Below are positions 9,581 through 19,297 of a stretch of 64,000 nucleotides of DNA, in pieces (position 1 is the first letter of the stretch; each line of letters begins with the position of its first letter). The translations under genes and the position numbers were made by a program. The stretch is taken from the IMG/VR virus record IMGVR_UViG_3300022902_000007; one strand, given 5' to 3'. Source of the stretch: a virus. The notes below the pieces were generated by a model. That model searched no databases. It saw only the letters and a list, made by a program, of their open reading frames with translations, and was not told where the DNA came from.

Positions 9581-9971
9581 TTCTCTTCCCCCTTCTTCTT
9601 ATTCTTTCTACGAGGTCTCTTGCCATGGAGATTCTGTTGGATCTGAACATTCTTCTTAGTTCGCCGATCCATTTGTTCTTGGGTATCGCACCGCCATGTA
9701 CTCCCCGTCTTGATATATGACAAGACTTACAGAGAGTTATCCCCTGAGAAGTGTCGTAGGCATGTTGCGGTCTATAGAACTTGGACAATACGTGATGGGC
9801 TTGTGGATTTTTCTTTGAGCCGCAAAGCTGACATCGGAATCCATCTCTTTCTCTAACGGCCATACTGAATGCTTGAAGAGCAGTTGGTGACAGCTTGGGC
9901 CTCAGTCTTGGTGGCTTCGGTTTCCAAGGTTTCCTCTTGCGTACATTCTTTGTATAGCCGCGCCTAATCAA
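9462..9971 (-). CDS. HNH endonuclease
   Basis: 'RDGFRCQLCG', 'AHHV', 'GITLCKSCH'. Confidence 0.8.
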   Translation of the reverse strand: MIRRGYTKNVRKRKPWKPKPPRLRPKLSPTALQAFSMAVRERDGFRCQLCGSKKNPQAHHVLSKFYRPQHAYDTSQGITLCKSCHISRRGVHGGAIPKNKWIGELRRMFRSNRISMARDLVERIRRRGKRIEKTSKGRRTQNLPSMRPKVSKRKSKRTKIPSKSRKKNR

Positions 9972-10807
9972 AACTTTGTACTCACCGTGAGATCTATTGT
10001 CTTGTCAAGACTGGTTGAGAAGGATGCTCCTGTCCCTATCCACAGATCATCTATTATAGGCAGAGGTTTTCCAACATTGTAGGAGATCAGATCTATACCT
10101 GCATAGAGTTTCCCATTACCAATAGTTAGCCGTGGAGACAGATTGTCCATTGTGGGCAGTGGATGTAACCAGGGGGCCGAGGCTCCAACCGAGGCATCGA
10201 GCGTAGGCAGTGAGAACATTCCCACCATTGCAATTTGAAGTCCAAAAGTCTTGTGAGTATTCTGCTCGTACACAGTGAAGTCTGAGACCGGAAGGTCATA
10301 AGTGTTTCCAGGAGACAGACTGGACATGGCGATGAGCTTGGTAGCCGAGTTCTCTTCAGTTATGGTCGTGATGGATTTAAACTTCAGGTCAGCGGCTGCG
10401 AGGTCAAAGCCTGCTTCTGATTCAGCGATATAGGCAACTGGTAATCCACACTCAAGAGTGAATGTGTAGTTTCTGGGACATTCCGGAAAAGTTTCTGCCA
10501 CGCCCACAGTTACAGTCTCTACTCTGGTGATGTATCGAACATCTGCAGGCAAGGCCTTTAGCTGGGCAAGCTGTTGCTTCAGGACTTTCGCCTCTTCAGT
10601 CTGCTCGGACAGAAGTTTGTTTATTCTCAAGTTTTCATTGTCTGCTATGGAGATGTCTTCATCAAACTCTATACCCATGTTCTCTATAATGGCTTCGTAT
10701 TCAGCTTCAGTCTCTGAGCTACCATCACACTTGCCGACAATGAAGGCAAGGCCCAGTATCAGCAAGAAGACTATTACGGCGAAAACATCTTTTAGCAGTT
10801 TCTGCAT
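9968..10807 (-). CDS. Membrane-anchored coiled-coil protein
   Basis: N-terminal TM helix, coiled coil, beta-rich C-terminus ending in Phe. Confidence 0.55.
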   Translation of the reverse strand: MQKLLKDVFAVIVFLLILGLAFIVGKCDGSSETEAEYEAIIENMGIEFDEDISIADNENLRINKLLSEQTEEAKVLKQQLAQLKALPADVRYITRVETVTVGVAETFPECPRNYTFTLECGLPVAYIAESEAGFDLAAADLKFKSITTITEENSATKLIAMSSLSPGNTYDLPVSDFTVYEQNTHKTFGLQIAMVGMFSLPTLDASVGASAPWLHPLPTMDNLSPRLTIGNGKLYAGIDLISYNVGKPLPIIDDLWIGTGASFSTSLDKTIDLTVSTKF

Positions 10808-10809
10808 AG

Positions 10810-11046
10810 CTACTCCAGAAAAACATACCCATCTATTTCGAGTCGTGTACCAGCGAAGCCTGTGTCATGGTCTATGAACTCTGTTCCGTTGAATCTGGTG
10901 ACGAAGTATTCCGTGAGAGTGCTTTTGTGTACCCTTACCAAATACCAATGGCCGTTTCTTGGTGAACCATCTGTTGGCTCAGTCCACCTAATCACTCTTC
11001 CCCCAACGTCCAGCAGGCTTCTTCTTGGTTGCTTGGCCTGACTCAA
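10810..11046 (-). CDS. Hypothetical protein
   Basis: ORF in operon context. Confidence 0.4.
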   Translation of the reverse strand: MSQAKQPRRSLLDVGGRVIRWTEPTDGSPRNGHWYLVRVHKSTLTEYFVTRFNGTEFIDHDTGFAGTRLEIDGYVFLE

Positions 11047-11299
11047 CGAGTTCCTTGATGTGTTTATTGAGATAGATTGGAACTATCTCGAAGCTGTTCA
11101 CCTTTGCATCTGCGGCTTTCATGACATAGTACTGCTGAGGCTGTCTCTCGGTATCTGGAATCACTGTGATTAGATCTCGTATTTGAAGGACCTTGATGAT
11201 TCGCGGCAGTGGGTTCCTGAGGTTCATGTTCCCAGCTTCCATGTAGTAAAACTTATCGTCTTTTACACAGTGAACGCCGAGGGTGTCATTTTCTAGCAT
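10988..11299 (-). CDS. Hypothetical protein
   Basis: ORF in operon context. Confidence 0.45.
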   Translation of the reverse strand: MLENDTLGVHCVKDDKFYYMEAGNMNLRNPLPRIIKVLQIRDLITVIPDTERQPQQYYVMKAADAKVNSFEIVPIYLNKHIKELVESGQATKKKPAGRWGKSD

Positions 11300-11301
11300 T
11301 G

Positions 11302-11682
11302 TTATATCCTGATGGAGTCGTGGTCAAAATGTTGTGTACTTGCCTCAATCAATATGACTTGAAGTTCTCCAGCAGTCATTGAGTGTGGCATTCCTGGAGG
11401 GACTTCAAAGCCGGCTCCTTTGGGGAGCCATTGTTGAAACTTGTTTCGATTACCGTCTTCGTATTGTAGCAAAACTTTACCGTCAGCCACATAAAATGCT
11501 TCACTCTTAATGAGATGAAGATGTTTCTTTACGGTTCTACCGGGCTTTATGACCAAAGCCTTCATACAGAAGTCTTCGCCATTGTGGTAGATGAGCTCAT
11601 ACCCCCAGTCTTTAGAAACGTGATCTGGAGAGATGCTTCCGCCTGCTTTGTTAGAGACGAACACTGGTTGATGGATCTCCAT
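11302..11682 (-). CDS. Cupin domain protein (mannose-6-phosphate isomerase-like)
   Basis: 'KDWGYELIY', 'HLHLIKSEAFYV', 'PPGMPHS', 'IEAST.HFDHDS'. Confidence 0.8.
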   Translation of the reverse strand: MEIHQPVFVSNKAGGSISPDHVSKDWGYELIYHNGEDFCMKALVIKPGRTVKKHLHLIKSEAFYVADGKVLLQYEDGNRNKFQQWLPKGAGFEVPPGMPHSMTAGELQVILIEASTQHFDHDSIRI

Positions 11683-11995
11683 TGAGAGTGGCTCCTATTG
11701 ATTCTTCCAGATCGTACAGTAGCATGTCTTTCTTGAAGAAGTCATATTCCCCGTCTGGGGTTGCAGCATGCTCGATATCGAGTATCTCCCATTTCTTCTT
11801 GAAGGAAGAGTATGCGCGTTCAATACTTCTGAGTTGAGTTAGCCAACAGGCAAGTTGTATATGATCTGCTTGACAGATGGTGGGTTTGGTAGTTGGTTCG
11901 GTGGCTATGTGAATACTATGCTCGATAGCTTCGCTTATTGACATGCGTTGGGACCAAATTTCCTCAGGGTATTTTAGAGTCTTATTGATCGTCAT
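11651..11995 (-). CDS. Hypothetical protein (HxQLxxWLTQL family)
   Basis: Motif shared with the adjacent ORF. Confidence 0.55.
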   Translation of the reverse strand: MTINKTLKYPEEIWSQRMSISEAIEHSIHIATEPTTKPTICQADHIQLACWLTQLRSIERAYSSFKKKWEILDIEHAATPDGEYDFFKKDMLLYDLEESIGATLNGDPSTSVRL

Positions 11996-12287
11996 TGAAA
12001 GCCTCTCTCATGGTGTCGAACAGCATAGACAATGCTTCATCTTCAATATAGCCTGCAAGGCGTTCGTCTTCGTCTCTTGCCGATTGGGCCCGACACAACT
12101 CGTTTTCTGTGTACTTATATTCTTCTTTTATGTTCTTGAGTTGAGTCAACCATATGACAAGCTGCAAGTGTCTCGAATCGTCTGGTGACAATACCATGAC
12201 ATGTCCGCCCTCTGTTGGCAGCTTGTCGAGGTAGTACTGGATTGTCTCATCAATCGTCATTGTATGTCTCCAGCTTCTTTTGCACAC
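11982..12287 (-). CDS. Hypothetical protein (HxQLxxWLTQL family)
   Basis: Motif shared with the adjacent ORF. Confidence 0.55.
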   Translation of the reverse strand: MCKRSWRHTMTIDETIQYYLDKLPTEGGHVMVLSPDDSRHLQLVIWLTQLKNIKEEYKYTENELCRAQSARDEDERLAGYIEDEALSMLFDTMREAFNDDQ

Positions 12288-12499
12288 TCAGTAAGCATGG
12301 CTATTAGCTTTGGAAAGTCTTCGCGCGTGAAATAGAACGAGTTCCCTTTCCATTTTTCGTATACCTCTGGACTGGCAGGACCGATGTTGAGCTGGTATCC
12401 CTGCTCTCCGAAGCATATCGCCCTGATGAAGTAGCCTCTGCATTGTATGCCGCCAGTGGCTATCGGCCATAATCCGGATGGCTCAGGCATCGTCTTCAC
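12257..12499 (-). CDS. Hypothetical protein
   Basis: ORF in operon context. Confidence 0.45.
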   Translation of the reverse strand: MKTMPEPSGLWPIATGGIQCRGYFIRAICFGEQGYQLNIGPASPEVYEKWKGNSFYFTREDFPKLIAMLTECAKEAGDIQ

Positions 12500-12713
12500 A
12501 CAGCTCTAACAGTAATCCGGCGAGCTTTTTTGCTTCTGCCGATGACATGAAGTATAGCTCTGCGCTTCGTGGATTGCCTGGATCCCAAGATATTGACAGG
12601 GTAACCATCGGCTGCATTGGTTCACGGTCATGCTGCAGGCTTACAGAATATCCACTCATTTCCATTGTTTTTGTGTTCATGATTGCTCCGGGTGATAGCC
12701 ATAATTGGGCCAA
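12483..12713 (-). CDS. Hypothetical protein
   Basis: ORF in operon context. Confidence 0.4.
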   Translation of the reverse strand: MAQLWLSPGAIMNTKTMEMSGYSVSLQHDREPMQPMVTLSISWDPGNPRSAELYFMSSAEAKKLAGLLLELCEDDA

Positions 12714-13087
12714 TTAGCATACTCTCTATGATATTCACCGAATATTCGGCCGAACATTTCCCATTCAAAAGGCTTTGTACTCACTAATTTTATCTCTGGA
12801 TATGCCCCTACTTCGGATACTTCGTTAGCACATCGGAAGTGTTGAGCAAGGCTGATAGCGAGCGACCCAATGTTATTATTTGCGGGGTGTTCTGTTTCAA
12901 TGGGGATCTGCTTCAATAGCTTATATGGAATCTTGAAGACCAGGCCCACTTTGGTTAGAGAAAATAGCCGTTGCTTCACTTTTATTAGCAAACGATCTTC
13001 TGCTTCCCAGAACTGAATGTCAATCGTTCCTTGCTCGTAACGCTTGAGCCATTCCTTCAGTGTTTTGATTTGTCTGGCAGGTTTCAT
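12677..13087 (-). CDS. Hypothetical protein
   Basis: ATGA coupling. Confidence 0.5.
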   Translation of the reverse strand: MKPARQIKTLKEWLKRYEQGTIDIQFWEAEDRLLIKVKQRLFSLTKVGLVFKIPYKLLKQIPIETEHPANNNIGSLAISLAQHFRCANEVSEVGAYPEIKLVSTKPFEWEMFGRIFGEYHREYANWPNYGYHPEQS

Positions 13088-13269
13088 TTTGGATCCTCAT
13101 AGTTCTTGATGGCCTTGGCCAGTGCTTCTATTAATTGTTTCACCTCTTCAATTGAGAGTTCTACAGCAGCTGATTGGCCAGCTCTATAGTCTTCAATTTC
13201 TATCCAGAGGCCCTCGTTTTCATATGGCCTTGTAATGTTGACTTCCGTGCCTTCGCTTGTAGTGATCAT
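13084..13269 (-). CDS. Hypothetical protein
   Basis: ATGA coupling to thyX. Confidence 0.5.
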   Translation of the reverse strand: MITTSEGTEVNITRPYENEGLWIEIEDYRAGQSAAVELSIEEVKQLIEALAKAIKNYEDPK

Positions 13270-14000
13270 TTAGATGCTCCATATGTATTCCACAGCTTCA
13301 GCAAGTCTTCCTTGTGAGGGCGCTTTGAAGGACACTGGGTAAACTTCTTGTATGGTTCAGTACACATACCATCTGCATTTTCATGACAGGCAGGTACGAG
13401 ATATGCTGCAAGGAATGGGGAGACAGTCTTGACTTCACTCTTTAGTTTCGCCGCGAGGAATCTCGCTTCCCATTGGGCTTGAGAACAGAGCCTCTTGTGA
13501 CAGAAGTTTCTAAGGGCCTCGTATGAGAACGAGGTAGTGAGGTTGGTTGTTGTCGCGCCGGGCAAAACAAAACGAGCATCTTCATTTGGGATGTCCAGAT
13601 CCTGAAGTCGTTCGTAAGCATTGCCACAGTCATTCATGTGCATGTGGAATTCAGCTTCAGCCACCCCTCTCAAATAGGGTGGCGTGACATTCCCAAAATT
13701 TCTTCCGTCTACATACCTCTGAGACTGTTGAGAGTGAGGGACTCCTACAGTATGCCTGACCAATTGATGAGACAGTACTCGGCTAATGCCTGATACTCCA
13801 AAGGTAAAGTTGACGTGACGCTGAGGAGAAGCATGTTTAGTCTTGAACATTTCAGCAATAAATGATTCGATTCTCTCGTCAGAGAGCGCATGAGCCTTCT
13901 TCCATAATTGTTGAGGTGTGAATTTAGAATAACATGTACGGTAGGCTACCCACATGACCCTGGCAGGACTTGGGGTGTTCGTCAGGAGAGAGATGTTCAT
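13266..14000 (-). CDS. thyX: Flavin-dependent thymidylate synthase
   Basis: 'HASP', 'GISRVLSHQLVRH..SQQSQRY', 'EDARFVLP', 'RLCSQAQWE'. Confidence 0.93.
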   Translation of the reverse strand: MNISLLTNTPSPARVMWVAYRTCYSKFTPQQLWKKAHALSDERIESFIAEMFKTKHASPQRHVNFTFGVSGISRVLSHQLVRHTVGVPHSQQSQRYVDGRNFGNVTPPYLRGVAEAEFHMHMNDCGNAYERLQDLDIPNEDARFVLPGATTTNLTTSFSYEALRNFCHKRLCSQAQWEARFLAAKLKSEVKTVSPFLAAYLVPACHENADGMCTEPYKKFTQCPSKRPHKEDLLKLWNTYGASK

Positions 14001-14419
14001 CGCTCTTCCTCGTAAGAGGTTATATCTTCGATGAGTCTTTGCTTCCGAAGCTCATAGCCATCGAGACCATCTAATGACATAGTCATGTCTGCATGGTCAT
14101 CAAGGATTTCCTTGAAAAGGCTCCTGATCATGCCCGTCATGAGGTCGAGGATGTGTGCTGTCAATTTTATTGATGTCATTTGAGCCAGCTCTTCTTTTGT
14201 CCAGAGCAGAGACGCAGTCTGGGTCTCCCAGTAGGGACCTGGTTCTAAGCAACATCTTATTGAGTATGTGGAAGGGATCTGGTCAGTGGCTGGCTTGACG
14301 GATATAACTATGTCAAAAAGCTCTTGCGTCCATGGCTGGACTTCCTGCAGAAACTGGATTTCCTTGGATAAGAAGTCTATTGCCTCTTGATAAAAATCTC
14401 TTTTGTTTGTGGACTTCAT
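13997..14419 (-). CDS. Hypothetical protein
   Basis: Likely start MKSTNK, coupled to the upstream stop. Confidence 0.5.
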   Translation of the reverse strand: MKSTNKRDFYQEAIDFLSKEIQFLQEVQPWTQELFDIVISVKPATDQIPSTYSIRCCLEPGPYWETQTASLLWTKEELAQMTSIKLTAHILDLMTGMIRSLFKEILDDHADMTMSLDGLDGYELRKQRLIEDITSYEEER

Positions 14420-14940
14420 TAGTCGTTCCTTTTGGTTCTTTTGAGTGGCCATGGAAGGTCGTGGTGCTTGGCATAGCCCATGGCCAGCCCCCAAACAGAT
14501 CTTGTGTCTCGTTCTTCACAAGAGTCTATTCTTTTGAGTACCTCCTTCCACTTGATACCTGGATCGTCTGCGTACATTTCATAGGCTTGTTTCCCGATGG
14601 TAAGCTTCGGCGGAACATACTCAGGCACATTCGCCGGCGGCCATGGCAGATCATGTGCAATGGCATACCTCCAAGCTTTCTTCCAGGTCATGGTCCTGGA
14701 TCTCCCTGGCAGGGGGTCTGTCCACTCAGAGACTTCTTCATAGGCTGCTTTGTGTTCTGCTATTCTTCTATTTGTAGTTATCTGGTAGGTAGATACGGGG
14801 ACAAGCAGTTCGAGTCTTAGTTGTCTCGCCCGTTCTATACATATTTCAAGTGTCTTTGCTGCTTCGGTGTCTGTTTGAGCAGATAGAATCTTTCTTCTTC
14901 TTTGTGTTTCTGACATGTCATTCCTCGTGTGTCTCTTCAT
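14419..14940 (-). CDS. Hypothetical protein with internal duplication (YAxxHDLPWP twice)
   Basis: Repeated motif in the translation. Confidence 0.55.
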   Translation of the reverse strand: MKRHTRNDMSETQRRRKILSAQTDTEAAKTLEICIERARQLRLELLVPVSTYQITTNRRIAEHKAAYEEVSEWTDPLPGRSRTMTWKKAWRYAIAHDLPWPPANVPEYVPPKLTIGKQAYEMYADDPGIKWKEVLKRIDSCEERDTRSVWGLAMGYAKHHDLPWPLKRTKRND

Positions 14941-15217
14941 GAATTGCCGATGCGGCCCTCAGCATATAGTTTGACAAGTTCTTGTAGCCTCTCTCTGTTG
15001 ATTCTTCAGAGAAGCCTCTGTACTTGGTTCTTGCAGCGAATACGCGAGTTGGCTCTGAGTCGGACTTCCCTTTTGGAGCCTCGAACACAAGGCACCAGCC
15101 GAAGACATGTAACAGTTGATTGGCGAGGAACAACATTCCAGAGTTTCTGAAATCAAGCCATGATTCTTCTCTAAATCTCTTGTCTGTTTTGTTGTATATG
15201 CTCATTCTACCATCCAT
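14918..15217 (-). CDS. Hypothetical phage protein
   Basis: 'FRNSGMLFLANQLLHVFGW...ARTKYRGFSE'. Confidence 0.55.
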   Translation of the reverse strand: MDGRMSIYNKTDKRFREESWLDFRNSGMLFLANQLLHVFGWCLVFEAPKGKSDSEPTRVFAARTKYRGFSEESTERGYKNLSNYMLRAASAIHEETHEE

Positions 15218-15425
15218 CGAATTCAGGCAAAGCCGAAGCTTCTTCTTCAGTCATTTCGACAATTGAAAGCTTGATCTCGTTATTCAATTCCAAGAGGTCT
15301 TCCTCAATGGAATCGAAGATGCTCTGCTTGAGATATTCGCTGTTAGCCGTGTTCGCTTCACGTCCAGTCAAAGTCAGTTTGCCTGCGTTCCATGATAGGT
15401 TTTCAATTTGAATATATTTGGGCAT
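15207..15425 (-). CDS. Hypothetical protein
   Basis: GGAG RBS; ends 'LPEFDGW'. Confidence 0.5.
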   Translation of the reverse strand: MPKYIQIENLSWNAGKLTLTGREANTANSEYLKQSIFDSIEEDLLELNNEIKLSIVEMTEEEASALPEFDGW

Positions 15426-15429
15426 ATTA

Positions 15430-15681
15430 TTACTCCTTGAGACATTCCTCGTAGGGTTTGAGTTTCTGCGTCACCACATGCGGGAACTTGTGTTCGTTTG
15501 TCATGGCGAAGGCAGTATGAAGTGCAACCAGATAGTATATGTGCTCATGAAGCTCTGGATGATTCTCCAGCTCTTCTGCGATTGACAGTAGTCTGTTGGT
15601 GTGGAGGTTGCAGAGGTCGCCCCTGAAGAACACCCCTCTCCAGTCGTCTCCGAATACCATTGGGCCAGTTTGAGCTCTCAT
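15430..15681 (-). CDS. Hypothetical protein
   Basis: 'TGPMVFGDDWRGVFFRGD'. Confidence 0.5.
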   Translation of the reverse strand: MRAQTGPMVFGDDWRGVFFRGDLCNLHTNRLLSIAEELENHPELHEHIYYLVALHTAFAMTNEHKFPHVVTQKLKPYEECLKE

Positions 15682-16067
15682 TCGGAACCTGCCTCACCAA
15701 ACTCAAGACGGAACTTGCTTGGGTCCAGCTTTACTCCATATTCACTCTGGATATAGTCTGCCAACTCTTTGGCGATTTCACTTACCCTCATGTCTTTGTT
15801 GAGTTGGTTAGCTGCATCGATGCCGACGATACCAAAGCAGTCGTAGTTATTCGTGGCGACAATTCTTTTGTCAAGGGTGAAGATGCCATAGCCTCCGCAT
15901 CCTCCAGACCAAGACCACTTCGCCCACTCTTCAGAACCTTCTGTTGGTACTCCCAGTTTTTGCATTAGCTGGTCATACCTTATGAAGCCGACTTCACCTG
16001 CGGTGAATCCTACAATTACAAAGCTCGATGAGCTGCTGTTGCTGACGAAACTTGTTCTAATCTTCAT
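15678..16067 (-). CDS. FVSNSSSSSF-motif protein 1
   Basis: N-terminus MKIRTSFVSNSSSSSF. Confidence 0.75.
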   Translation of the reverse strand: MKIRTSFVSNSSSSSFVIVGFTAGEVGFIRYDQLMQKLGVPTEGSEEWAKWSWSGGCGGYGIFTLDKRIVATNNYDCFGIVGIDAANQLNKDMRVSEIAKELADYIQSEYGVKLDPSKFRLEFGEAGSE

Positions 16068-16069
16068 TT

Positions 16070-16372
16070 TTAGAAATCCACATCTACTGTGAAGCTATCG
16101 GGATCGTTCTTTCTGGCTGCACTGCAGAAGTCTTCAAGGGCTTCAATCTCTTCATCGTCCATTTCTGCGCACCAGGAATAGTCTGGGCTGTGCCAAGTGT
16201 CATATCCCATCATCTTGTGTCCGAGGATGGTCTGTGAGTACCAGTGCTCTTTGATTAGATCTCTGTTTTCAGGGCACTCTGATTCCAGAGTCTCTTGCCA
16301 CTTCTCTTCGGTGACGAACACGACAAAGGAAGAAGATGAACTGTTGCTTACAAAGTTGTGTCTGATTTTCAT
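16070..16372 (-). CDS. FVSNSSSSSF-motif protein 2
   Basis: N-terminus MKIRHNFVSNSSSSSF. Confidence 0.75.
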   Translation of the reverse strand: MKIRHNFVSNSSSSSFVVFVTEEKWQETLESECPENRDLIKEHWYSQTILGHKMMGYDTWHSPDYSWCAEMDDEEIEALEDFCSAARKNDPDSFTVDVDF

Positions 16373-16758
16373 CCGTAATATACCTCTGTGATTGCTTGGA
16401 TGTCTTTGATGGTGAAAGTGATTCCTCGGAGCTCAGTCAGCTCTTCGGCGATCTCTTCCTTATACCCTTTTAGTGTTTGGCCTGGCTTCATGCTGAATGG
16501 TGACTTCCCGATGTAAATGGTCGAGCCGTCCCACTCAGGGACATATGTAGACAAGGAATGGCCTATCCCTTGGTCAAGATACTCTTCGAGCCCTTGTTCA
16601 CATTCTCTTTCTTCTCCCTCCCGCTCATATTTGTAGACATCCCAGCCTGGCTTTGTGTCATTTAGATAGGCTTCGAATTCTTCTACATCCAAGGCAGACC
16701 CCCAGACTACGAACGAGCTGGAGCTTGAATTAGATACGAATGATTGACGTGTTTTCAT
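16369..16758 (-). CDS. FVSNSSSSSF-motif protein 3
   Basis: N-terminus MKTRQSFVSNSSSSSF. Confidence 0.75.
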   Translation of the reverse strand: MKTRQSFVSNSSSSSFVVWGSALDVEEFEAYLNDTKPGWDVYKYEREGEERECEQGLEEYLDQGIGHSLSTYVPEWDGSTIYIGKSPFSMKPGQTLKGYKEEIAEELTELRGITFTIKDIQAITEVYYG

Positions 16759-17486
16759 ACTGTTGTTACTCTTGAGATTAGATTGGTTGACATGGCTGCC
16801 TGTATTTGTGGCATGTAGTATTCAGTTAGATATCTGGTTGTGTTTATGTTGGGTCTTACGGGAATGGGCTGAACAGATTGCAGTCTATCTGCTGGCCCAT
16901 ATGGGGTCGTGAAAATTGGTCTATAGTCTGTTGGCACCCCGATAGTCCATGATGTTGCCGGCTGTCTGGCACGACAAGCAAGCCACTCTGCTTCTTTCCT
17001 ACACCATTCCTGTGTGTAGAGAGCTCCTCCGTGAATTGTATAGCGAGCTGAGACATTGATTGAAACTGTTATTGGAAGCTCCAGCCAAGCGTTTTCCCGA
17101 ATCCATGAGATTGATTGATTTCTGAGCTCGCCCCAAGTAGCCCCCAGCTCTTTTAGAATTCTTTTTGATTTGACGAGTGAAGGCTTTTTAGGGAGAGTCG
17201 GATGAGTGATATGAAGGCCACGTCTTTCAAGCCGATTTTTGTTTAGCGCCTGGGAAACATTAGTTGCATATGGGGTGGAGTCTACCATGGCTTTTAGTTC
17301 AATTGTCGTGGTTGTTGCTGTGGCCGAAGGTATAGAGGGATTGTCTTCATAAATCACAGGATATTCTTGGCCGAATGTGCTGAGGTTGTATGATATTCGG
17401 TCATTTGGAATTGGAATGATTCCGTCACCCCAGCAAGCCCTCTCGATCTCTCTTTTTATTCTGTCTACTTCAGTCGCAAGGCTCAT
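16755..17486 (-). CDS. Hypothetical protein
   Basis: 243 aa ORF in operon context. Confidence 0.5.
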   Translation of the reverse strand: MSLATEVDRIKREIERACWGDGIIPIPNDRISYNLSTFGQEYPVIYEDNPSIPSATATTTTIELKAMVDSTPYATNVSQALNKNRLERRGLHITHPTLPKKPSLVKSKRILKELGATWGELRNQSISWIRENAWLELPITVSINVSARYTIHGGALYTQEWCRKEAEWLACRARQPATSWTIGVPTDYRPIFTTPYGPADRLQSVQPIPVRPNINTTRYLTEYYMPQIQAAMSTNLISRVTTV

Positions 17487-17757
17487 CGTATAGCTCCAGG
17501 AATACTTCTACTTCCTCCCAGGTGCTGCAGAGGGGAAGGTCTTTTCTGATTTTGTACAGAGAGCGATACGGACCATCGCATCTCCAAAATCTTTTGTTGT
17601 GGTCTTCAATCCAGTAGGAGCCACCGTAGACACACATATGAGAATCATACACATAGGATTCCAAAGCAGGAGGAGAGCAGAGGCATGGCGATTGCCACAC
17701 CCCCACGATTCCTTCTTCAATCACATGTACGAAGACGAGTTTGGCTTTTCTACTCAT
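17470..17757 (-). CDS. Hypothetical protein
   Basis: ORF in operon context. Confidence 0.45.
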   Translation of the reverse strand: MSRKAKLVFVHVIEEGIVGVWQSPCLCSPPALESYVYDSHMCVYGGSYWIEDHNKRFWRCDGPYRSLYKIRKDLPLCSTWEEVEVFLELYDEPCD

Positions 17758-18022
17758 CTTCTTTTGCTGTAGTCTCTACAGTCTTCAACACTACGATGAC
17801 AGTAGTTTCTGCTTCACAGTAATAGCTGTATGGCTCAATCCCTATGCGCTGAGGTCGCTGAACACTCAAGATACATTTGTCACCTATAGCGATGTCTTTT
17901 ACATTCGGCCCTACAGATATTGCTTCATATATATCTGTCATGTGTGGCTGGTACAGAGGGCCTGATGCCTTCATATCTATTTTCTTGAAGACAACATTGC
18001 GTTGTGTTGCTTGTAGTTTCAT
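17750..18022 (-). CDS. Hypothetical protein, weakly GroES-like
   Basis: 'AISVGPNVKDIAIGDKC' resembles the GroES 'VAVGP..VKVGDKV'. Confidence 0.45.
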   Translation of the reverse strand: MKLQATQRNVVFKKIDMKASGPLYQPHMTDIYEAISVGPNVKDIAIGDKCILSVQRPQRIGIEPYSYYCEAETTVIVVLKTVETTAKEDE

Positions 18023-18030
18023 TCGTTTTC

Positions 18031-18633
18031 CTACCAGTTGAATGTTTGTAGATCTGAATATGTTGGGCCATCACAGTCCAGTTGGATCCAGTTACATTTC
18101 AGTTTGTGTGCGTAGTTGAGTAGTTTCACGAAGGCTTCCGAGAAGTCTGTCTCTGCTTCTTCATAGATGATTGGCTCGTCTACCCATACGAACCAGCCAT
18201 AGTAGAAGTCCGCCTTTAGAATTTCACAGAAGGGATCTTCCAGTAGCCTTCTGTCAGCTTCAGTAATATGAGCCGTGGAAACTGTCAGTACTTTTTGAAA
18301 TTCGTGATTAGTTTCTTTGTCTGGCATTTTGTTTCCTTTCGCGTCGAACCAATCGGCCCACAAGTCTTTGCAGCCACCAGAACATTTAGCTTTGTCACAT
18401 GCAACTTCGTAAAGGAATGCTCCTTCTGGATCGTATTCGTCTCGCTTCATGTTGGACTGCTTGCGTCCGCAGACGGGGCATCTGAAATGGATACGTCCTT
18501 CTTTCAGTGGCTTGAATCCCTTGGTCCTGAGTGCGAGAAGATGCTCTGGACACTGTCTCATTACGGCCCCTCGAACATTATCAATTCGGCACCTTTTAGG
18601 TTTGGGAAGCCGTGATAATAGATTAGTTGACAA
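18031..18633 (-). CDS. Zn-ribbon plus DUF5983-like domain protein
   Basis: 'CPVCG'; C-terminal 'VLTVSTAHITE...YGWFV...WIQLDCDGP'. Confidence 0.5.
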   Translation of the reverse strand: MSTNLLSRLPKPKRCRIDNVRGAVMRQCPEHLLALRTKGFKPLKEGRIHFRCPVCGRKQSNMKRDEYDPEGAFLYEVACDKAKCSGGCKDLWADWFDAKGNKMPDKETNHEFQKVLTVSTAHITEADRRLLEDPFCEILKADFYYGWFVWVDEPIIYEEAETDFSEAFVKLLNYAHKLKCNWIQLDCDGPTYSDLQTFNW

Positions 18634-18965
18634 TCAGTATCATCTGATTCGTTTGAAGGGTGACCAACATAGATGTATTTTCCACTTTCTATTGCTGCTA
18701 CCGCTTTGGGGTATTCTGCTTTTGCGGTATAGTCTTCATCATCATCCCAGAGGTTTTCTTCATACCAATCATTGAGTTGTTCTGTTGTGGTGATCTTCCT
18801 GTCGATCCAGTACTGCAGTTTTCTCTTCGACTGTTTTACAGGTCGCCAGGTCGGCTGATAGAACTTCAGCTTGACTGTTACTTCAATCTCTTCCTGCTTA
18901 GGATCTGCGGCGATAATAAAAGAGGATGATGAAGAATTGCTTACGAAGTTGTTACGAGTTTTCAT
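18561..18965 (-). CDS. FVSNSSSSSF-motif protein 4
   Basis: Start re-called at MKTRNNFVSNSSSSSF (TAATG coupling). Confidence 0.75.
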   Translation of the reverse strand: MKTRNNFVSNSSSSSFIIAADPKQEEIEVTVKLKFYQPTWRPVKQSKRKLQYWIDRKITTTEQLNDWYEENLWDDDEDYTAKAEYPKAVAAIESGKYIYVGHPSNESDDTDCQLIYYHGFPNLKGAELIMFEGP

Positions 18966-19297
18966 TACCAGTTCTCCTCGTGAGACCATACACCAGGCTG
19001 CTGTTGCATGTGGTCTCCAAATAGATCAATTGACGTCAGTACTTTTGAGTCGCCGTCGCTCCACTCTGGGTCATAGGTTGAATAACCACTACGGGCATAC
19101 CATTTAGTATGCACAAGTGCTGGCATCCCGAATACATGGTCTTCCAGCCACTCTGATTTTACTTCTTGTTCATGATCGACTCTATGAGGGAACTTCTCTA
19201 TGAAGCTCTTCCACCCCAGCTCAAGTTGTTCTGGAGTTACGATCACAACGAATGAAGACGAGCTGCTATTCGATACGAAGCTATGTCTTGTTTTCAT
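18965..19297 (-). CDS. FVSNSSSSSF-motif protein 5
   Basis: N-terminus MKTRHSFVSNSSSSSF. Confidence 0.75.
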   Translation of the reverse strand: MKTRHSFVSNSSSSSFVVIVTPEQLELGWKSFIEKFPHRVDHEQEVKSEWLEDHVFGMPALVHTKWYARSGYSTYDPEWSDGDSKVLTSIDLFGDHMQQQPGVWSHEENW

